Source: Pelomyxa schiedti
Lineage: Eukaryota > Protista > Evosea
Length of the DNA stretch: 64,000 nucleotides
Assembly (NCBI GenBank): GCA_020536535.1
Contig: JAHLWZ010000826.1
Coordinates: 1-64,000, forward strand
Reading direction: 5' to 3'
Notes under the pieces: model-generated
What the model was told of the DNA's origin: nothing
Seen by the model: only the letters and a program-made list of their open reading frames with translations
The model's database searches: none
Part shown: piece after piece, positions 23,948 through 37,066 of the stretch
Layout: the number at the start of each line of letters is the position of its first letter
Position numbering within the stretch: position 1 is the stretch's first letter
Position numbers and translations under genes: made by a program

Positions 23948-26900
23948 TTAAGACTTATCTGCTGGGTTCTCCTCAAACAGATACAAAGTCGGACTGAGAG
24001 AGGGATTCCTCCGGATGGTTACGTGCACCTCAGGGCGGCCCACACAGAACACATAGTAGATATGGAAACACTCGCCCTGAGAGAGTGCAAACTCCCACTC
24101 CCGGCGGCTCAGCGGGAAGAAGTGGGATGTCTGCTCCACAGTGGATTTCACTTCCACGAATATCGGCGGTGTGCCCTCAACTTTCAGGTCGTAGCACTGG
24201 CCAGATTCCTCTCCGGCCTCGTTCAGCCACTTCACCCGGGTAACCCCATAAGTTTGTTGCAGGAGCCGGAACACCAGTTCTTCGCCCCAGTTCCCTATAC
24301 TCTTGATGCTCAAGTCCGCGCTGTTTAGCGTCCTCATGTGCCTCAGGGCCGCTCTGACATCCACAGGAACCGCCGGAGTTTCATCGGCGTTTGAAACGGA
24401 GACAAGTGCTTTTCGCGGAAGTGCCGGTTCCTTTCCCGGCTCCATTCCTCTGAAATGTTCGGCCCTCCTGGGCCCGTTGGACTCTGACGAGGCTCGTTCA
24501 ACTGAGGATGTGGTTGTGGTAGTATTGCTCTCTGTATCGTTGTTTCTGTCATCATCACCATCACCTCCGGGTCCTTCTTCAGAGGCTGCTGCTGATGCCG
24601 TGGGCTTACGATTTCGTGATGGTTTGGATGTCTTGGGGACCTCTCTTTGTTGCTCTGGTTGGGTTCTTTCTGCTGACTTTGCAGCAGGTTGTTCTCCCTC
24701 ATGTGTGCAGGATGTATGCTGTGATGTATGCTCCATGTTGGGTTCGGGGTCGGTTGAAGAGCTTTTGACGGGAGCAGGGCTTTCTTGCAGAATGCTAGGT
24801 TCTATTAAGGATACTGTCTGTGTACTCGAGGATGTTTTTGGCGTCCTCAGCTTCGTGGGATCGGTATTTATGAGGTCCTTGCACGAGGGAGCGTTTGGTG
24901 GGAATGATGGCACCGGTGGTCTCTTGGGTTTCTTCACTTCGTCCTCCTCTTCGGGTTGAAGTGCTTTGCTCAAGACAAACGCCCAGGGTTTATCTGGTAC
25001 TTCTGGTTGCTCGGTTATGTGTTTGAAGAGACGACGCAGATTGTGGGGAGACTCGGCAACGGTGCACAACCGACCCGCCAGGTCATCTGAAGTTGCGGAA
25101 TTCAGACCAAAGGTTCGCAACAATTCGACAAGTACATCTTGTAGCTCTGCCTGCTCTGTGACAAATAAGAACTTAGATTTATCCAAGGCACAACGAGCAC
25201 TTCTGGTGACTGTCACTGTGGTTGACTGTATGTGAAACTTAACGTCAAGAACATGTGTGGTGCTGAATTGCACTTGGGAGAGTGTCTCTGCAAAGTGAGT
25301 CTTCAGAGATTGGTAGAGTTCAGGGAACTGGTAGCACAGAACCTTCTGCACTAAGGGGAGTAGAGAGAGTACTTGTTCTTCATGACGCGAGCCTGGAATG
25401 CAGATAACGCCTTTTTCAACTGTCCTTTCAGCAACTTCTGACAAACACCTGATCCCAAGGGAACGAAGTAATGGAGAAAAGCTGGTAATTTGTTCGAGTG
25501 TCCAGAACAAGAAATGAGCACTTGAATGAAGGAAATTATCCACTAAATCTTGATCATCTCCAATATACAAATTCTCTGTGGAAACCCATTTGAGATCTTT
25601 TGTGGGCCATATTTCACTTGAACCCAGTGATTCAATACCTATTTTTTGCTCGTGCCACCAAGACAACAGCTTTCCGACAAGTGATGCAAGGCTTTCAAAC
25701 TTTGTACGGTTTTGTGTGCACATTGCAGCTATGGCAGAAAGGTATTGCTGTGGAGTTGGGAAAGCAGGGACACCGAGTATGTCTGTGAAAAAAGGATTCA
25801 AGATGTCGGGATATCCGCAGGCTTTCAATATGTACACAGGTAAGGATGAGTATTGAACCATGCCTAGGTTGTCACTAAGGCAAGCCTCTGATGCTGGAAC
25901 AAATTTATGTTGATCAGCAATAAATACAGTTTTTGGGATCAACTCCTTCAGTGGGGACTGTGCCAGGGAACTATACGCAATCTCGTAGACACGAATCATT
26001 TGCTGCAAAGAAATCTTTCTGAGATCGTCAACGGAGGCAGAATCTGACCACCTGCTCCAATGCTCAAGAAGAATAGTCGGATCAAAGTCACGGCTATGGA
26101 CAATTTGAAGCTTTGTTGCCAGAACTTCGTTTGGTTGAATCGAGTGAACCCCGAAGTTTATGTACTCCACCAGATTACCAAATACACTTTCCAAGAATGC
26201 AGAGTGCATCATGATCCGATCAGGTGCCGCCAACCTACCAAAAGAGGTAGGAAGCCAATTTCGTCTCCGGAGTGACAGTAATACAGAAGAAGGTATCTCA
26301 CTTATCAATAACCCAGAGGTATCAACAACTTTGGCGGCACATCGATCGCGGATGAATTCGTTCGATTGAGTAAAAAGCCAGCAGGTGAATTGTTGCATTA
26401 ACGTAAATTTAATAAGACCCTCTTCCGCTTTTGATAATATTGCATCCAAGTCTGGGGAAGTCCAGTCTGCAATTGAAACGCTTTGGTGGTTTTCTCGTAA
26501 GTCACGGGTAAAAGTATTCCAGGGGCAATCGGGTTGTGCCAACTCTTGACATGTGCTGAGCACTTGAGATGATTTGAACTTGACTTGTGAGTCAACACCA
26601 ATTTGCCGGAAAAATTCTGGATAGAACTGCTGAGCAAAAGTCCTTGCTTGTTGAAGGTAAATTGGGTGAAGCAATGTGAGATCCGCAATTGTGAGGATTT
26701 CTGTGGGGAAAGTAGACTGGTCATTGACCTGGTATTCCCGTCCAAAGTATACACTATCTCCGGCATGCACATATCCCTTATTGGTCAAAAGTACAATGAA
26801 AGGCTTCACTTTATTTATCAGTTTTCCTCCAGACCTACATTCCATGCAAGATCCCCAGTGTTGCTGAAGAAAAACAAGTTGACTTGAAAGTACCTCAGTG

Positions 26901-29900
26901 TTTGGTGAAATATCCTGGTGGAACTTGTACTGTTTGAAGATTTCAGTAATGAAAGGAATCACGTGGTACGAGATGACAGAATGTTCATCAAAGTCACTTA
27001 GGCCGAGATGGCGGAGTAATGGAATGGAGAGAGGCGTGAGCAAACCCTTGGCAATGAAGTGTATATTACGCACAAAGGGCAATTTTTTCCAACCGGTATG
27101 AACGCTATTGCTAGGGAAAAAAACAGTTTCGTGAAGAGATTTTGGAGATGCATTCACCGCTCCAGTTTCTTTTCTCCCATCTTGCGTGAGCGACACAATT
27201 CTCAAAACTGGTGAGTGTTTGAGTTCTTCTGTTACCACTTCCTGATTATATCGGGAGCTCGTTCTAAACTGAACCGCCAGCCACTCTATCCAAGAGAGAA
27301 GTTCACCATCTGAGATAGATGAAATATCCGGCATCTCATGTGAATGCTCTCGCTCTTCATTCAGGGATTTGTTACTCAGACAATTAATGACACTGATCAT
27401 GTGATGGGGGGAAAAGAAGTCAATTCCCATACTCAGTGCCAAGGTCTCAGGCAGCTTAATGTCAGGGTGCATAAAATATTTACCAAGTGTTTGGAGGAGA
27501 AGCATTTCAGAAATAGGTGCTGGATCTCCTATTGGTGGCATTAAAACCCTTCCTGGGCAGACTGGGTCATTGCTGCTGCTACATAGCCAGCTTTTCTGCT
27601 GCATCTCTTTTGCAATACTGGTAACTACAGGCCGGAAGAAATCAAGTACAGGTGGTATAGTAGGAAGAAGGGAAGCAAGTTGAGAAGCAGTACTTGAAGG
27701 CTGGATTCCAATGGAGAGTTGATGGCAGGTGAAAGCACACGCACAGGCCATAAATACATCACATACTTTGGTGCGCAACCACAGATTCCATTTATTATCA
27801 GCCACGATATCTTCACGTGAAGACGGTACCACCCAGTCTGCTTGACAGATGAAACGCATCCCGTAATGTTTAAGGGGGAGAAAGGCAAAGACTTGTTGTT
27901 CTTCAGGTGACTCAGTTTGTTTAAGAGGCATTGCCACACATACTTCAGCATCCCCTGCCATATTATTTTGACTACATGTAACACCAACTTCAGATTTGAA
28001 GATGCGTCTTGCCACAACCCACTGCTCTACTATTGCATCTGTGGAGCACTCTTGGGAAAATTCGTGGTTACACAGTTCTACTAAGGCACAGTGGTGCTCT
28101 GTGTTGCAAGCGAGTTCCTTGACGATTCTTCGTTGCATTATATGAGTCTTGCCACTGACGTGATCCTTCACAGTGATTTTGGACAGTTTCTTCAAAAACA
28201 TGAGAAGAGTGGCAGTGATTTCTTCGAATTTAGCACAGAGAATTCCAGCCAAGTCGGGCTGCAGTTTGAGAGGAAGCTGAATCTCTGTTATGCTGGGATC
28301 AGGGTAAGGTTTTTCTGGCAATTCCTCAACCCACTCTGGTGTAATCATCCCTAGAAGAGAGGAAGCATTGAAGCGAAAGTGATAGCCCCCACTGTGAATC
28401 TCGGGATAGTCGGTCACACGGAACACACTCTTGAATCCAATGCCTTTATGCCCAATATATCCAGGTTGGTTTGCTTTGGAACTTTTAACTCCACACAAAG
28501 CTACAAGATCTTTTTCAGTGAACCCAATTTCATTGTTTTGGATGACAATGCGATCCTTAAAAATGTTGAAATCAAGGTATGGCAATGCACTGGTTGTATA
28601 CTTGTTGTCTTCAGCATTTTGTACGATTTCAAGAACAAAATGAGAGGCTTGAGAATATAACTCTGTGCTTAGATTTTTTAAGCAATTCTCCAGAGAGGTG
28701 CACATTGCATTTGAGTGATTGCTTGGTGAATATTCTGCCCTGATCTTATCGACCTTCTCTTGGCATGCCTGTAAGTGATCTTGAGAAGTATGAAGAGTTG
28801 CTTGAGTGGCAGTCTCGTGACCAGGGCAGGGCCCGGGAATTGGTACTTCCACTTGGAGGGGAAGACTTGGAGTTGAAGCAGAAGTTGTAGTGGAGGGTTC
28901 GGTTTTAGGAGTGGGAGATGGGGTACCGAGTTGGGCGATTGGAATTTTGGTACTTGTTGCATCATGCCCGGCTAACATCGGGACAAATGAGTCTGGAGAG
29001 GGTACACACATTTTGATGTGTTTGACGAAAAGATCTAAAAGCGGTTGAACCATATGTCTGGCACCAATCTGGCTTAGGACACAGAAATCATTGCGAGACT
29101 CGGAGGCCTGCACAATACTATCCTTGTACTTAGGATTCAGTTTGAAAAATTCTCCAATAAAAAGAGTGTAAGTTGCAGGATAGTTCTGCTGGAGGATCGT
29201 GGGTAGTGCATTAATTGTATCCAAGATGAATCGGGCAAGACTCCTTGGAGTTTCCTATTTAACAGTCAAAATGGAGGATAAAATAACGCAACTAACCTCC
29301 TGAAGTCTCAAGCAAAGAGCTTGCTTGTAGAGAGAAGAAAGCAGCGCTACGGGAAGTTGAGCACCATCCCGCCAGAGGAGAGATACAAATTGTATGGCAA
29401 GGCTACTTGCTGGACCAGTAATAGCCGCGTCTTTGAACTTTTCCTCACTGGGATACCCATCAATGGCCAAGTACTGTCCCGGGGAATACTCCAGAATTGG
29501 GTGTTCACAGCCCCACTGAATGTAATGGCTCTCCAAGAATTCCCCCAAGTCACCAAATTTGCCTTTAAATTGGGCATCCCAGTGGCACCATACACTGATG
29601 TCAGTCAATAATGGAGTGGTTTTCAAAAATGTAATTACTTCTGTAGGGTTCAACTTTTCAACTCCCAAGGGGGAAGATATACATTGCTCCGCACCACACA
29701 CCAGTGTTGCAGCAGACCGTATTTTATTTGTGATTGAATGAGATCCAGGTGAACTTTCCGAGAGGAGAGCTTGTATTGTACCCTTGCCAAGGTCTGTTAT
29801 GTGATTGACGCCATAGAAAGAGCAGAGTGCAGTACTTGCTAATTCTGTATTGCCATTGCATGCTTCAGTACATTGTACAACATGTCCAATCATTTGTGAT

Positions 29901-32096
29901 GTTCTAACTCGAGAGGTGGAGGCTGACCGCTTTTCTAGAGATTTCCGCAGCAGTGTAGACTGTGATAGATACTTGACAAAGGACTGTCCCTCGGGAGAAA
30001 TCTCACGAAAGTCCTCTGCTGATACCTGTTTCAATACGGCTTCTTCCACCAGTGAAAGAAACTCAGGATCACCAGAAGTGCCAGGTGTTGCATCTATTGC
30101 CTGTTGTATGAGTTCTTCAAGATTCTGGGCAGATGGTTTGAGGGAGTTTCGTAAATCGGCACCAAATCTGCCTCCTAGAGTAGTCAAGGAACCCAATCCA
30201 AGGTCTTGGGCGTTGTCGGCCACAAATTTCACAAATTCAAGGCCTCCAGTTAAGACGGAAAATGGCTTTTTCAAAGCTTTCTCACATTTTTCCTGAAGAA
30301 GGGCTAGATCCTCCAGCGATTTGGGTGGTGTGGTTGCGGCAAAGACTTTGCATAATGTAGTTAGTGTTTTGCGCCTTAGCTGCTTAGGGGTTCCTTTTTG
30401 CTCCATAAAGAGTGCGAAATCATCTTCAGGACGACGATACATTGTGATGTACTCAAGTGCAATTTGTGCAAGAGTGTCGTTGTTCGCCAAATGAAGACCA
30501 AAAAATTCCAAAGCATTTCTGAGATCCTCAAGTCTGAAAGTTTTCAGTAAGGAACAATGGATATTGTACTTAAAGGAAAGCATACGGTAAGTGAGTAGCC
30601 GTTTCCCAATCAGAACAAAAAATTCTGACTTTTGGATCAAATATGTTTGTGAAGTTCCCCCTCTTCAATAATAGAGCAGCCACCCAACAAAAAACAGCTT
30701 TGAGAGAAACTCCATCAACCAGTACACGGGAGGATAGAAGTCCACGAAGATTTCTACCCAGCCAATTCACAGGAACTCGCCAGTGCTGCAACCATTTGAT
30801 TGTGCACAAAACTTCTTTGTTCACATAGCACAAGTAGGACTTACTTGGGGTCTCTGGTAGGACTTCACTTGCTTTTGATACCATCTCTTGAATTGCCAAA
30901 GCTTGTTGCTTCCGGAAATTTTCAAAAGCTGATTTTGCCTCCTCCTCGTATCTTTTTATTTGCACCTCTTGCTCTTGGCGGAGAGTGTCAAAAACAGTAG
31001 AAAATGCACGGTGGTGGGACTCATCCATTGACTTTCTATTGTGAGAGTACAGTGTATAAAACAGACCCAACGATCTGACTACAGCAACTTTCGCAAGAAC
31101 CTCTACGCTAATATTGCTCCGCGCCGAGTATTCCGCTATCAGAGTGGAAGGATCTGGGCGCATGTAGCGGCGCAGCATTTCAGAAAAAATTGACACAAGG
31201 CTCTCTGAGGTGACCCTATCAACTACCTCTCTGGCGTCTGCCTCGTTGCAGTGCGGGAATTGTTTTCTCACGAGCGGATGCTCTGTGATTGGCCCCATCT
31301 TGGCGTCGGCGTAGGAGAACAGCTTCTCACTTGCCGCGAACAGATTCGCCAGATCAGAGACGGTAATAATCGGGTTTGTTGTTACTACTAGTTTCACGAG
31401 GGAATTCATCCTCTCCTCTTTCCTGCGAAAGTCTTCAAGTACTTGCGATGCCAAGACATCCTTTATAGACCCATTGTATCTCAGCATAGCCTCGTTTTTT
31501 ACTGTTTCGTAATTGACACACGCTCCGCTCCGAGCTTGGTCATCAATGATTTTTTCGCACAGGGCGTCGACAGCGTTTCTGGAAGCAGAGTGTTTTGCCA
31601 GCGGTCTGTCCGCCGAAGGCGTAGATAAATATTCACGTACTGGTGGAGGATTTGATTGAGGGAGTGGCCTGGCAGCCTCGTAGACAGAGAGCGGAATGTA
31701 CTGCTGCTTCTTGGCCTTCCGACTCGCTCCTCCGTCCCCGCGCTGTTCCTTCTGCTTGTTGTTGTTGTTGCTACCACCATGTGCCTTGTCCCCGCCCTTG
31801 GAGCCACCACGCGACTTCCCTTCAGGAGCGCACGCGGGTGCAGTTGCCAAGCTGCTACTGCTACTACTATTGGAACTTGTACTACTCGTGGTGGTGGTGG
31901 TAGTCGTAGTCGTGCTGGTGGTGGCGCCGCCGTGCTGGGGGGTCCTGGTCACAACGATGGTGATGCCGCCTGTGCTGGGCCTGCTGGGCGAGGCGGCGGT
32001 TGCTGGGACCGACGTGGCCGGCGCCTGTGGTGTTGCTGGCTGCGACGGCGGCGGGGCCGGGGACGCGGCGGCGGAGCACATGGCCGAGAGGGGCAT
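23948..32096 (-). CDS. NOV: NO VEIN-like protein (sacsin-type GHKL/HATPase region + C-terminal DUF3883/NOV-C PD-(D/E)XK-like domain), 3 large exons
   Basis: LSTELYSQASHFVLEIVQNAEDN, NNEIGFTEKD, IGHKGIGFKSVFRVTD; C-terminal IGNWGEELVF...WLNEAGEESGQCYDL...FVEVKST...SRREWEFA; N-terminal DISVWCHWDAQF. ORFs 30570-32096, 29255-30640 and 23948-29224 can be joined by GT-AG introns. Confidence 0.85.
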
Positions 32097-32649
32097 CAGG
32101 CCGAGAGGGTTCGGGTTAGGGGCGCGGCTGTTGTTGGTGTGCGACGGCGGCGTCCTCCTCTTTGGGGCGTTGGAACGACATTAGTTTGTTTTAGGTTTTT
32201 TTTTTTGGTTTTCGCAAAGGGAAAGGGAAAGGGAAAACCATTTGGGTGCTGGAGCTAGCTGGTTGTACGGTCTCGAATACACCGTGTTTTTTTGTTTGGT
32301 TTGTACTTTTTTTTTCTTTTATCCTTTTTCGCTTTTGGTATCTCTGACTCCAGACTAGATGTAACTCTTGGGAACTTGCCCAAAGTCTTTTCCAAGAGAC
32401 TTCAAGTTAGTTCCTGAGAAGAGACTGAATGTTGTGATCAGGGCAATAGCTCTCCTCTCAGAGACTGTACGACGAGTGGAGACACGTTCAGACACTGCGT
32501 GACTGGAAGCCAAGTTTGCAGGATTTGAGAAATCAAATCTTTTCTTTGGCTTTGAGTTTTCGGAAGCTTCCTTTGGGAACAAAACTGCATAGCGATGTTT
32601 TGTAGGGCGCACCACTACGAGCGGGAAAAAGCTTAAAGTTGGTTGTTTT

Positions 32650-35430
32650 TTAGAACCAACTCACAGGGGAAAGGAAAGAAAGGATGTGGTGGACAGTGGC
32701 CTGTGACAGCCTCCCAATAAAATGCCCTGATGATGGTGATGGGGATGATGATTGAACATTGGCGTTGCGCAGCCAACAGAGGAGAACAGTCCTGAGGATA
32801 TGGACCTTGAACCACCACGGGAACAGTCGGTGCCACTGTGGGTCCCACGTTGGTGTGTTGTTGAAGAACCGCCGCACACTCGGGTGATGTGGATCAACTG
32901 GTTCCCCTTCTATTGCCAATGTGTTACCATCATTCACGGTGGATTCTGGTATTGAAACACCATGGCACCACAGCAACTCGGCGATGTCACGTAATCCAGA
33001 TTCAATAGCCATAGAAAGAAGTCGAGAGGGAATGTGTTCTGGTTCACACAGTTGGAGGAACCCAGGAAACAATGCGAGATTCTTTCTCATGAGTAGCCAC
33101 TCTAAAACGGCAAGCTGCTGGTGGAAGAGTTCGAATGACACATTGTTGGTACTCACTGGCCACTTTGAAAGGAGTCTCATCGCTTCTTCATTTTTTGTTT
33201 CATCCACAGACATCAGGTAGTTCACGACGGTACCAAAGCAATCAGTGATTGTGGGACATTCCAGCAGTTTTTGGATTTTCTCCTTACACCCACTGTCACA
33301 CTGAGAAGAAAGTGTATGAGGCAACTTCCTTGGCTCAGCTATCACAAGTGGCTGGGTTTCACTGATCAACATTGCTCGCAGCAGTGCTGCCCACTTTTCC
33401 CGTTTGGCGATCTTACACTTTTGAAGGATTTCTTGCATGAGTTCCATTCTATCTGGTACGTTCTTCAAAAGAGATGCTATGCACTCTTCATTCTCCTCAA
33501 TCATCTCCGGTGATAAGTAACAGCACTCCTTCATGATACTGGGAAAGCGTGAGGAAACGCAAGAGTAAGCACCAAATCCAGATGTGCAGATCAAGTGTGC
33601 TGATGCCACCAACATAAAACAGGCATTGATGCAGTCTGAATCCAAAGCCAATGAGCAAGCTGATATCTCCCACCATGTCCTCTTATCGGGAATGGATTTC
33701 AACCGGTAGAAATCTGAAACCAGTACGCTGAGATGACATTTTATCCTTTCCTCTAGTGGTCGTTTCCGTGATGCTTCCGTGTCTCCCTGCAGAAAGGGAA
33801 TTTTTTGAGTGATCACGAATGCAACAGCTGCAGTGGCAAAATTGGGAAGGCCTTTGATTCGAAGGGCACAGAATTTCAACATCTGAAACAGCAACCCGCC
33901 TCTCCCTTTGCTGTGCCTCTCCAGTGCCTTCTCAAACAAAAGTTCGATTGACTTTGTGGAGCTCAGCATGTGAAACGCTTTCTTCAATGAGAACAGAACC
34001 TCGAGAATTGGTGGCGAACCTTCGGAGCATGCAAGCAGGAGGGCCTTCATCACAAGGTTCTCACTGACGGTTCCTCCTGTGAAAATGACTGGGATGATCA
34101 ACAGTGCCGAGACGGACTTGAGAAGCAAGTTGTTTCTTTCAATGTTGTCCTCCACGAATTGGAGAACAACTTGTTGCGCATGCACTTGATCAACACAGCA
34201 CAATGCATTCAACTTTGAAAGAACTTTCAAAATGATCCAATCAAGAACATCAAAGCTCACCTCATGCAGTGCAAATCTTTCACAGAACTTGAGGAGGCTG
34301 CTGATGATTCGACTTGTGATGTTGCATTGCTTGAGATACTCAACAACGTCCCGTGACGCGTGAGTAAGTAACATGTCCCACCCATAAACCCAGAAAAGAA
34401 GAGGGTCTAAAGCCGTGGATTGTGTGGCCCCATCAAGCTTTGAAACAAAAGAGTCACAGAGACAATGAACAAACTGAGGCAGCACTGGTGCCAGATTCAT
34501 GCAGCAAGTCAGCATTTCTTTATGTGCACTGGTTGGTGCCCTGTCAACAATAAGCTGCAGTTGGTCTGCATACTGAACAAAGAAGCGCCTGCATTTCGGA
34601 ACCCACATCAGTCTCTTCAGCATGAACACTGACTCATAGAATGCAGTGAAGTCCGGCGAACCCTTACAACACCCCCTTGAAGCCATTTCAAACAACCTGC
34701 CCATGAACGGCCCAATGCAATCAGTCACCAAATCGTGCGTCACCTCGAAATTTGAAGACAGCAAGTCCGTGATAAGCTCCGCGCAGTAACAAGCCATCAA
34801 GTCGAAGTACCGCCTGCTGCCCGCGTCCATGCCGCCGGTCGCGCCCACTCCCACAATCTCGGGCACCATGTGCACCGGCGCCCACATTTCGCGTTGCCGG
34901 TGCCCGGTCCGGCTCATGTCGCAGTGGAATCTCCTCACCGTGTGGAACGCAGCGTGGGGCGACGGGCCGCGATGGCACAACAAGGGAGGACGCAGCATCG
35001 CCAGCGCGCCCGACTCGATGTCGGCCATCAGCTTGCCCAAGCGCGCCGCTTTACTGTTGTTGTTGTTGTTGTTGTTGTTCTTGTTCTTGTTTGCGTCGTC
35101 GTCGTGGTCATCGTCGTTGTCATCAGGTGGTGCAGGCGCAGGTACGGGAATGCCAAGCCCCGCGTCTTGTAGCGCAGTGTCCCAGTGTGAGATGCGCGTG
35201 TCCACTGCGTCGTGTCGCTGGCTGATCTCTGGGACGTCCCAGGCGTCGCATCTGTAGTCGTCGGGGTCTTCGTCGGGGCTGACATCGTAGCCGCTACCGT
35301 CGTCTTCCGCGTTTTCGTCTTCGTCTTGCTCATCCTCCTCTCCTTCCCCGATCACTTCGTCGTCGTGACCTCCCGCATCTTCATCTTCATCATCTTGGTC
35401 CGCGCTTGCATCGCTGGCTTCGTCTGTCAT
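32650..35430 (-). CDS. Intronless 926-aa orphan-family protein: acidic N-terminus, alpha-helical body, ankyrin-like and F-box-like C-terminal motifs
   Basis: Long ORF; paralog at 37067-40058; C-terminal LLSMAIESGLRDIAELLWCHG and IGRLSQATVHHILSFL. Confidence 0.8.
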   Translation of the reverse strand: MTDEASDASADQDDEDEDAGGHDDEVIGEGEEDEQDEDENAEDDGSGYDVSPDEDPDDYRCDAWDVPEISQRHDAVDTRISHWDTALQDAGLGIPVPAPAPPDDNDDDHDDDANKNKNNNNNNNNSKAARLGKLMADIESGALAMLRPPLLCHRGPSPHAAFHTVRRFHCDMSRTGHRQREMWAPVHMVPEIVGVGATGGMDAGSRRYFDLMACYCAELITDLLSSNFEVTHDLVTDCIGPFMGRLFEMASRGCCKGSPDFTAFYESVFMLKRLMWVPKCRRFFVQYADQLQLIVDRAPTSAHKEMLTCCMNLAPVLPQFVHCLCDSFVSKLDGATQSTALDPLLFWVYGWDMLLTHASRDVVEYLKQCNITSRIISSLLKFCERFALHEVSFDVLDWIILKVLSKLNALCCVDQVHAQQVVLQFVEDNIERNNLLLKSVSALLIIPVIFTGGTVSENLVMKALLLACSEGSPPILEVLFSLKKAFHMLSSTKSIELLFEKALERHSKGRGGLLFQMLKFCALRIKGLPNFATAAVAFVITQKIPFLQGDTEASRKRPLEERIKCHLSVLVSDFYRLKSIPDKRTWWEISACSLALDSDCINACFMLVASAHLICTSGFGAYSCVSSRFPSIMKECCYLSPEMIEENEECIASLLKNVPDRMELMQEILQKCKIAKREKWAALLRAMLISETQPLVIAEPRKLPHTLSSQCDSGCKEKIQKLLECPTITDCFGTVVNYLMSVDETKNEEAMRLLSKWPVSTNNVSFELFHQQLAVLEWLLMRKNLALFPGFLQLCEPEHIPSRLLSMAIESGLRDIAELLWCHGVSIPESTVNDGNTLAIEGEPVDPHHPSVRRFFNNTPTWDPQWHRLFPWWFKVHILRTVLLCWLRNANVQSSSPSPSSGHFIGRLSQATVHHILSFLSPVSWF

Positions 35431-35696
35431 CTCTCAAGATGACGCCGTACTACGGTTATGCAACAGGGCGCGAAACTTTTCTTTGTTGTCCTGCATTAAT
35501 TTTCTGTTTCGGGTGAGCGAAATGAAGGGGTTTGTTGATGGTGGGCCAGACAACAACGGTACACAGCAACCAGTTGTGAATATAACGCTTAGTGGCTCGT
35601 CAGTTTCAGGTGGCTGAGTTTTTGAGTTTTTCCCTTTCTTCACTGACACTTCCAAAACACCAACAGGAGCATTGGCTATTCAGAGTCAATATATAC

Positions 35697-36406
35697 ATGG
35701 AAGAGTGGGGTCTCGCCATGCAGGTGGGCTCACTGGTATAGGTTAGTGTGTACTTCCTGTAAAGGAGCCTCATTTCCCCAAGGGCTGGACTTTGTGTCCA
35801 AAATGGTCGAAGTTCATGGAGAATCTATCAAGGTTAACTTATGGCTTACAAATGGTTTATTTCTTTAAACTTCTTAACTTAAAGACAAAACGAAAACAAA
35901 CCTTTTTGCTACTTAAAATCCGCTTCACACTCCCAGGCCAAGAACGGTTTGGTGTGAGACCTTTTTTCCGGAATACCAAGGGTACATTTATCATTTTCAG
36001 TGTCTTTGATCGCTGCTCATTTGAACTGGCTATGCAAGCCCTTACTCTTGTATGAGTCTCTTGTCACATTTATTCCTTCTGGATTGATTCCAGCTAGATG
36101 AGAGATTCTCCCCCTCCTCAGCCAATTGTAACTATTCTGATTGGACACAGGTTCACACCATGCACGGCCAGCACCCAGCCAATTAGGGCAGTCACAGAGG
36201 AGGAACCAGTTGTTTTGGCCAAAACTTATTGCATTGACTACATGGAGGTGGATGCTCTCACAGGAACCGGGATTGATGAAATGTTCACAAAAATGTTGTC
36301 TATGATTATGGTCGACTGGAAAGAGCTCATTGTGCAACTCAAGTTGGCATTACTCTGTGGAATCCACAAAAGAGCAGGTTCAGAGTTGGATTGGCTTTTT
36401 GACTGA
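35697..36406 (+). CDS. Degenerate Rab-like small GTPase (probable pseudo-GTPase)
   Basis: GLDFVSKMVEVHGESIKVNLW, LPGQERF, FRNTKGTFIIFSV, ILIGHR (G4 position), YMEVDALTGTGIDEMF. No P-loop found. Confidence 0.6.
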
Positions 36407-37066
36407 ATGAGTGATAACTAGGGAAACAAAGCCCAGTGAAAGTTGTCCCACAGCCAGTGATGAGGGAACTCATATCTGCAATGCCATGGAAACTACTCAT
36501 CACTGATCACAGACTGCACGAGTGGATACAAAATTCCAAAGGAAGGCCACTACAACCACAAGCACAACAAGGTGGCTGTGTACTGTGCTGAAGAATTATT
36601 TCCAAAATGCTGATGGGGAGTGGAAGTTTTCCGGGCCGACACCGTGATTCCCTTTTTCGGGAAGTACTCACTTTCACAGAGAAGGAGCGCGATGTGTGAG
36701 TTCCTTCCTTGCAGCACAAGAAAGAACCAACTTGGAGTGATGAACTTCACCGAAATTGATTTCCGAAATCACAACAGAGGTAGAACCACACCGGATAAGC
36801 TGTACTCTGTTTTTAATAACGGTTTTTTCACTCAGGTGGTGGAATGAACGTCCCCCTCCTGGCAGAGATGCCTTGTTTCAATGGGATTGACTGTGGTAAG
36901 AACAAGCCTACCACATGTGACAGCTGACAGGACCTGTACTGGGTCTACCTCTTCGCGCACTATGATAGGAGCGGCGGTGGCAACAAATGACCGAGAGGAA
37001 TACTGCTGACTCCAATTTAAATCCACCCCACGTACTCAGTATCCACAAAACAACAAGTTGTTGCTA

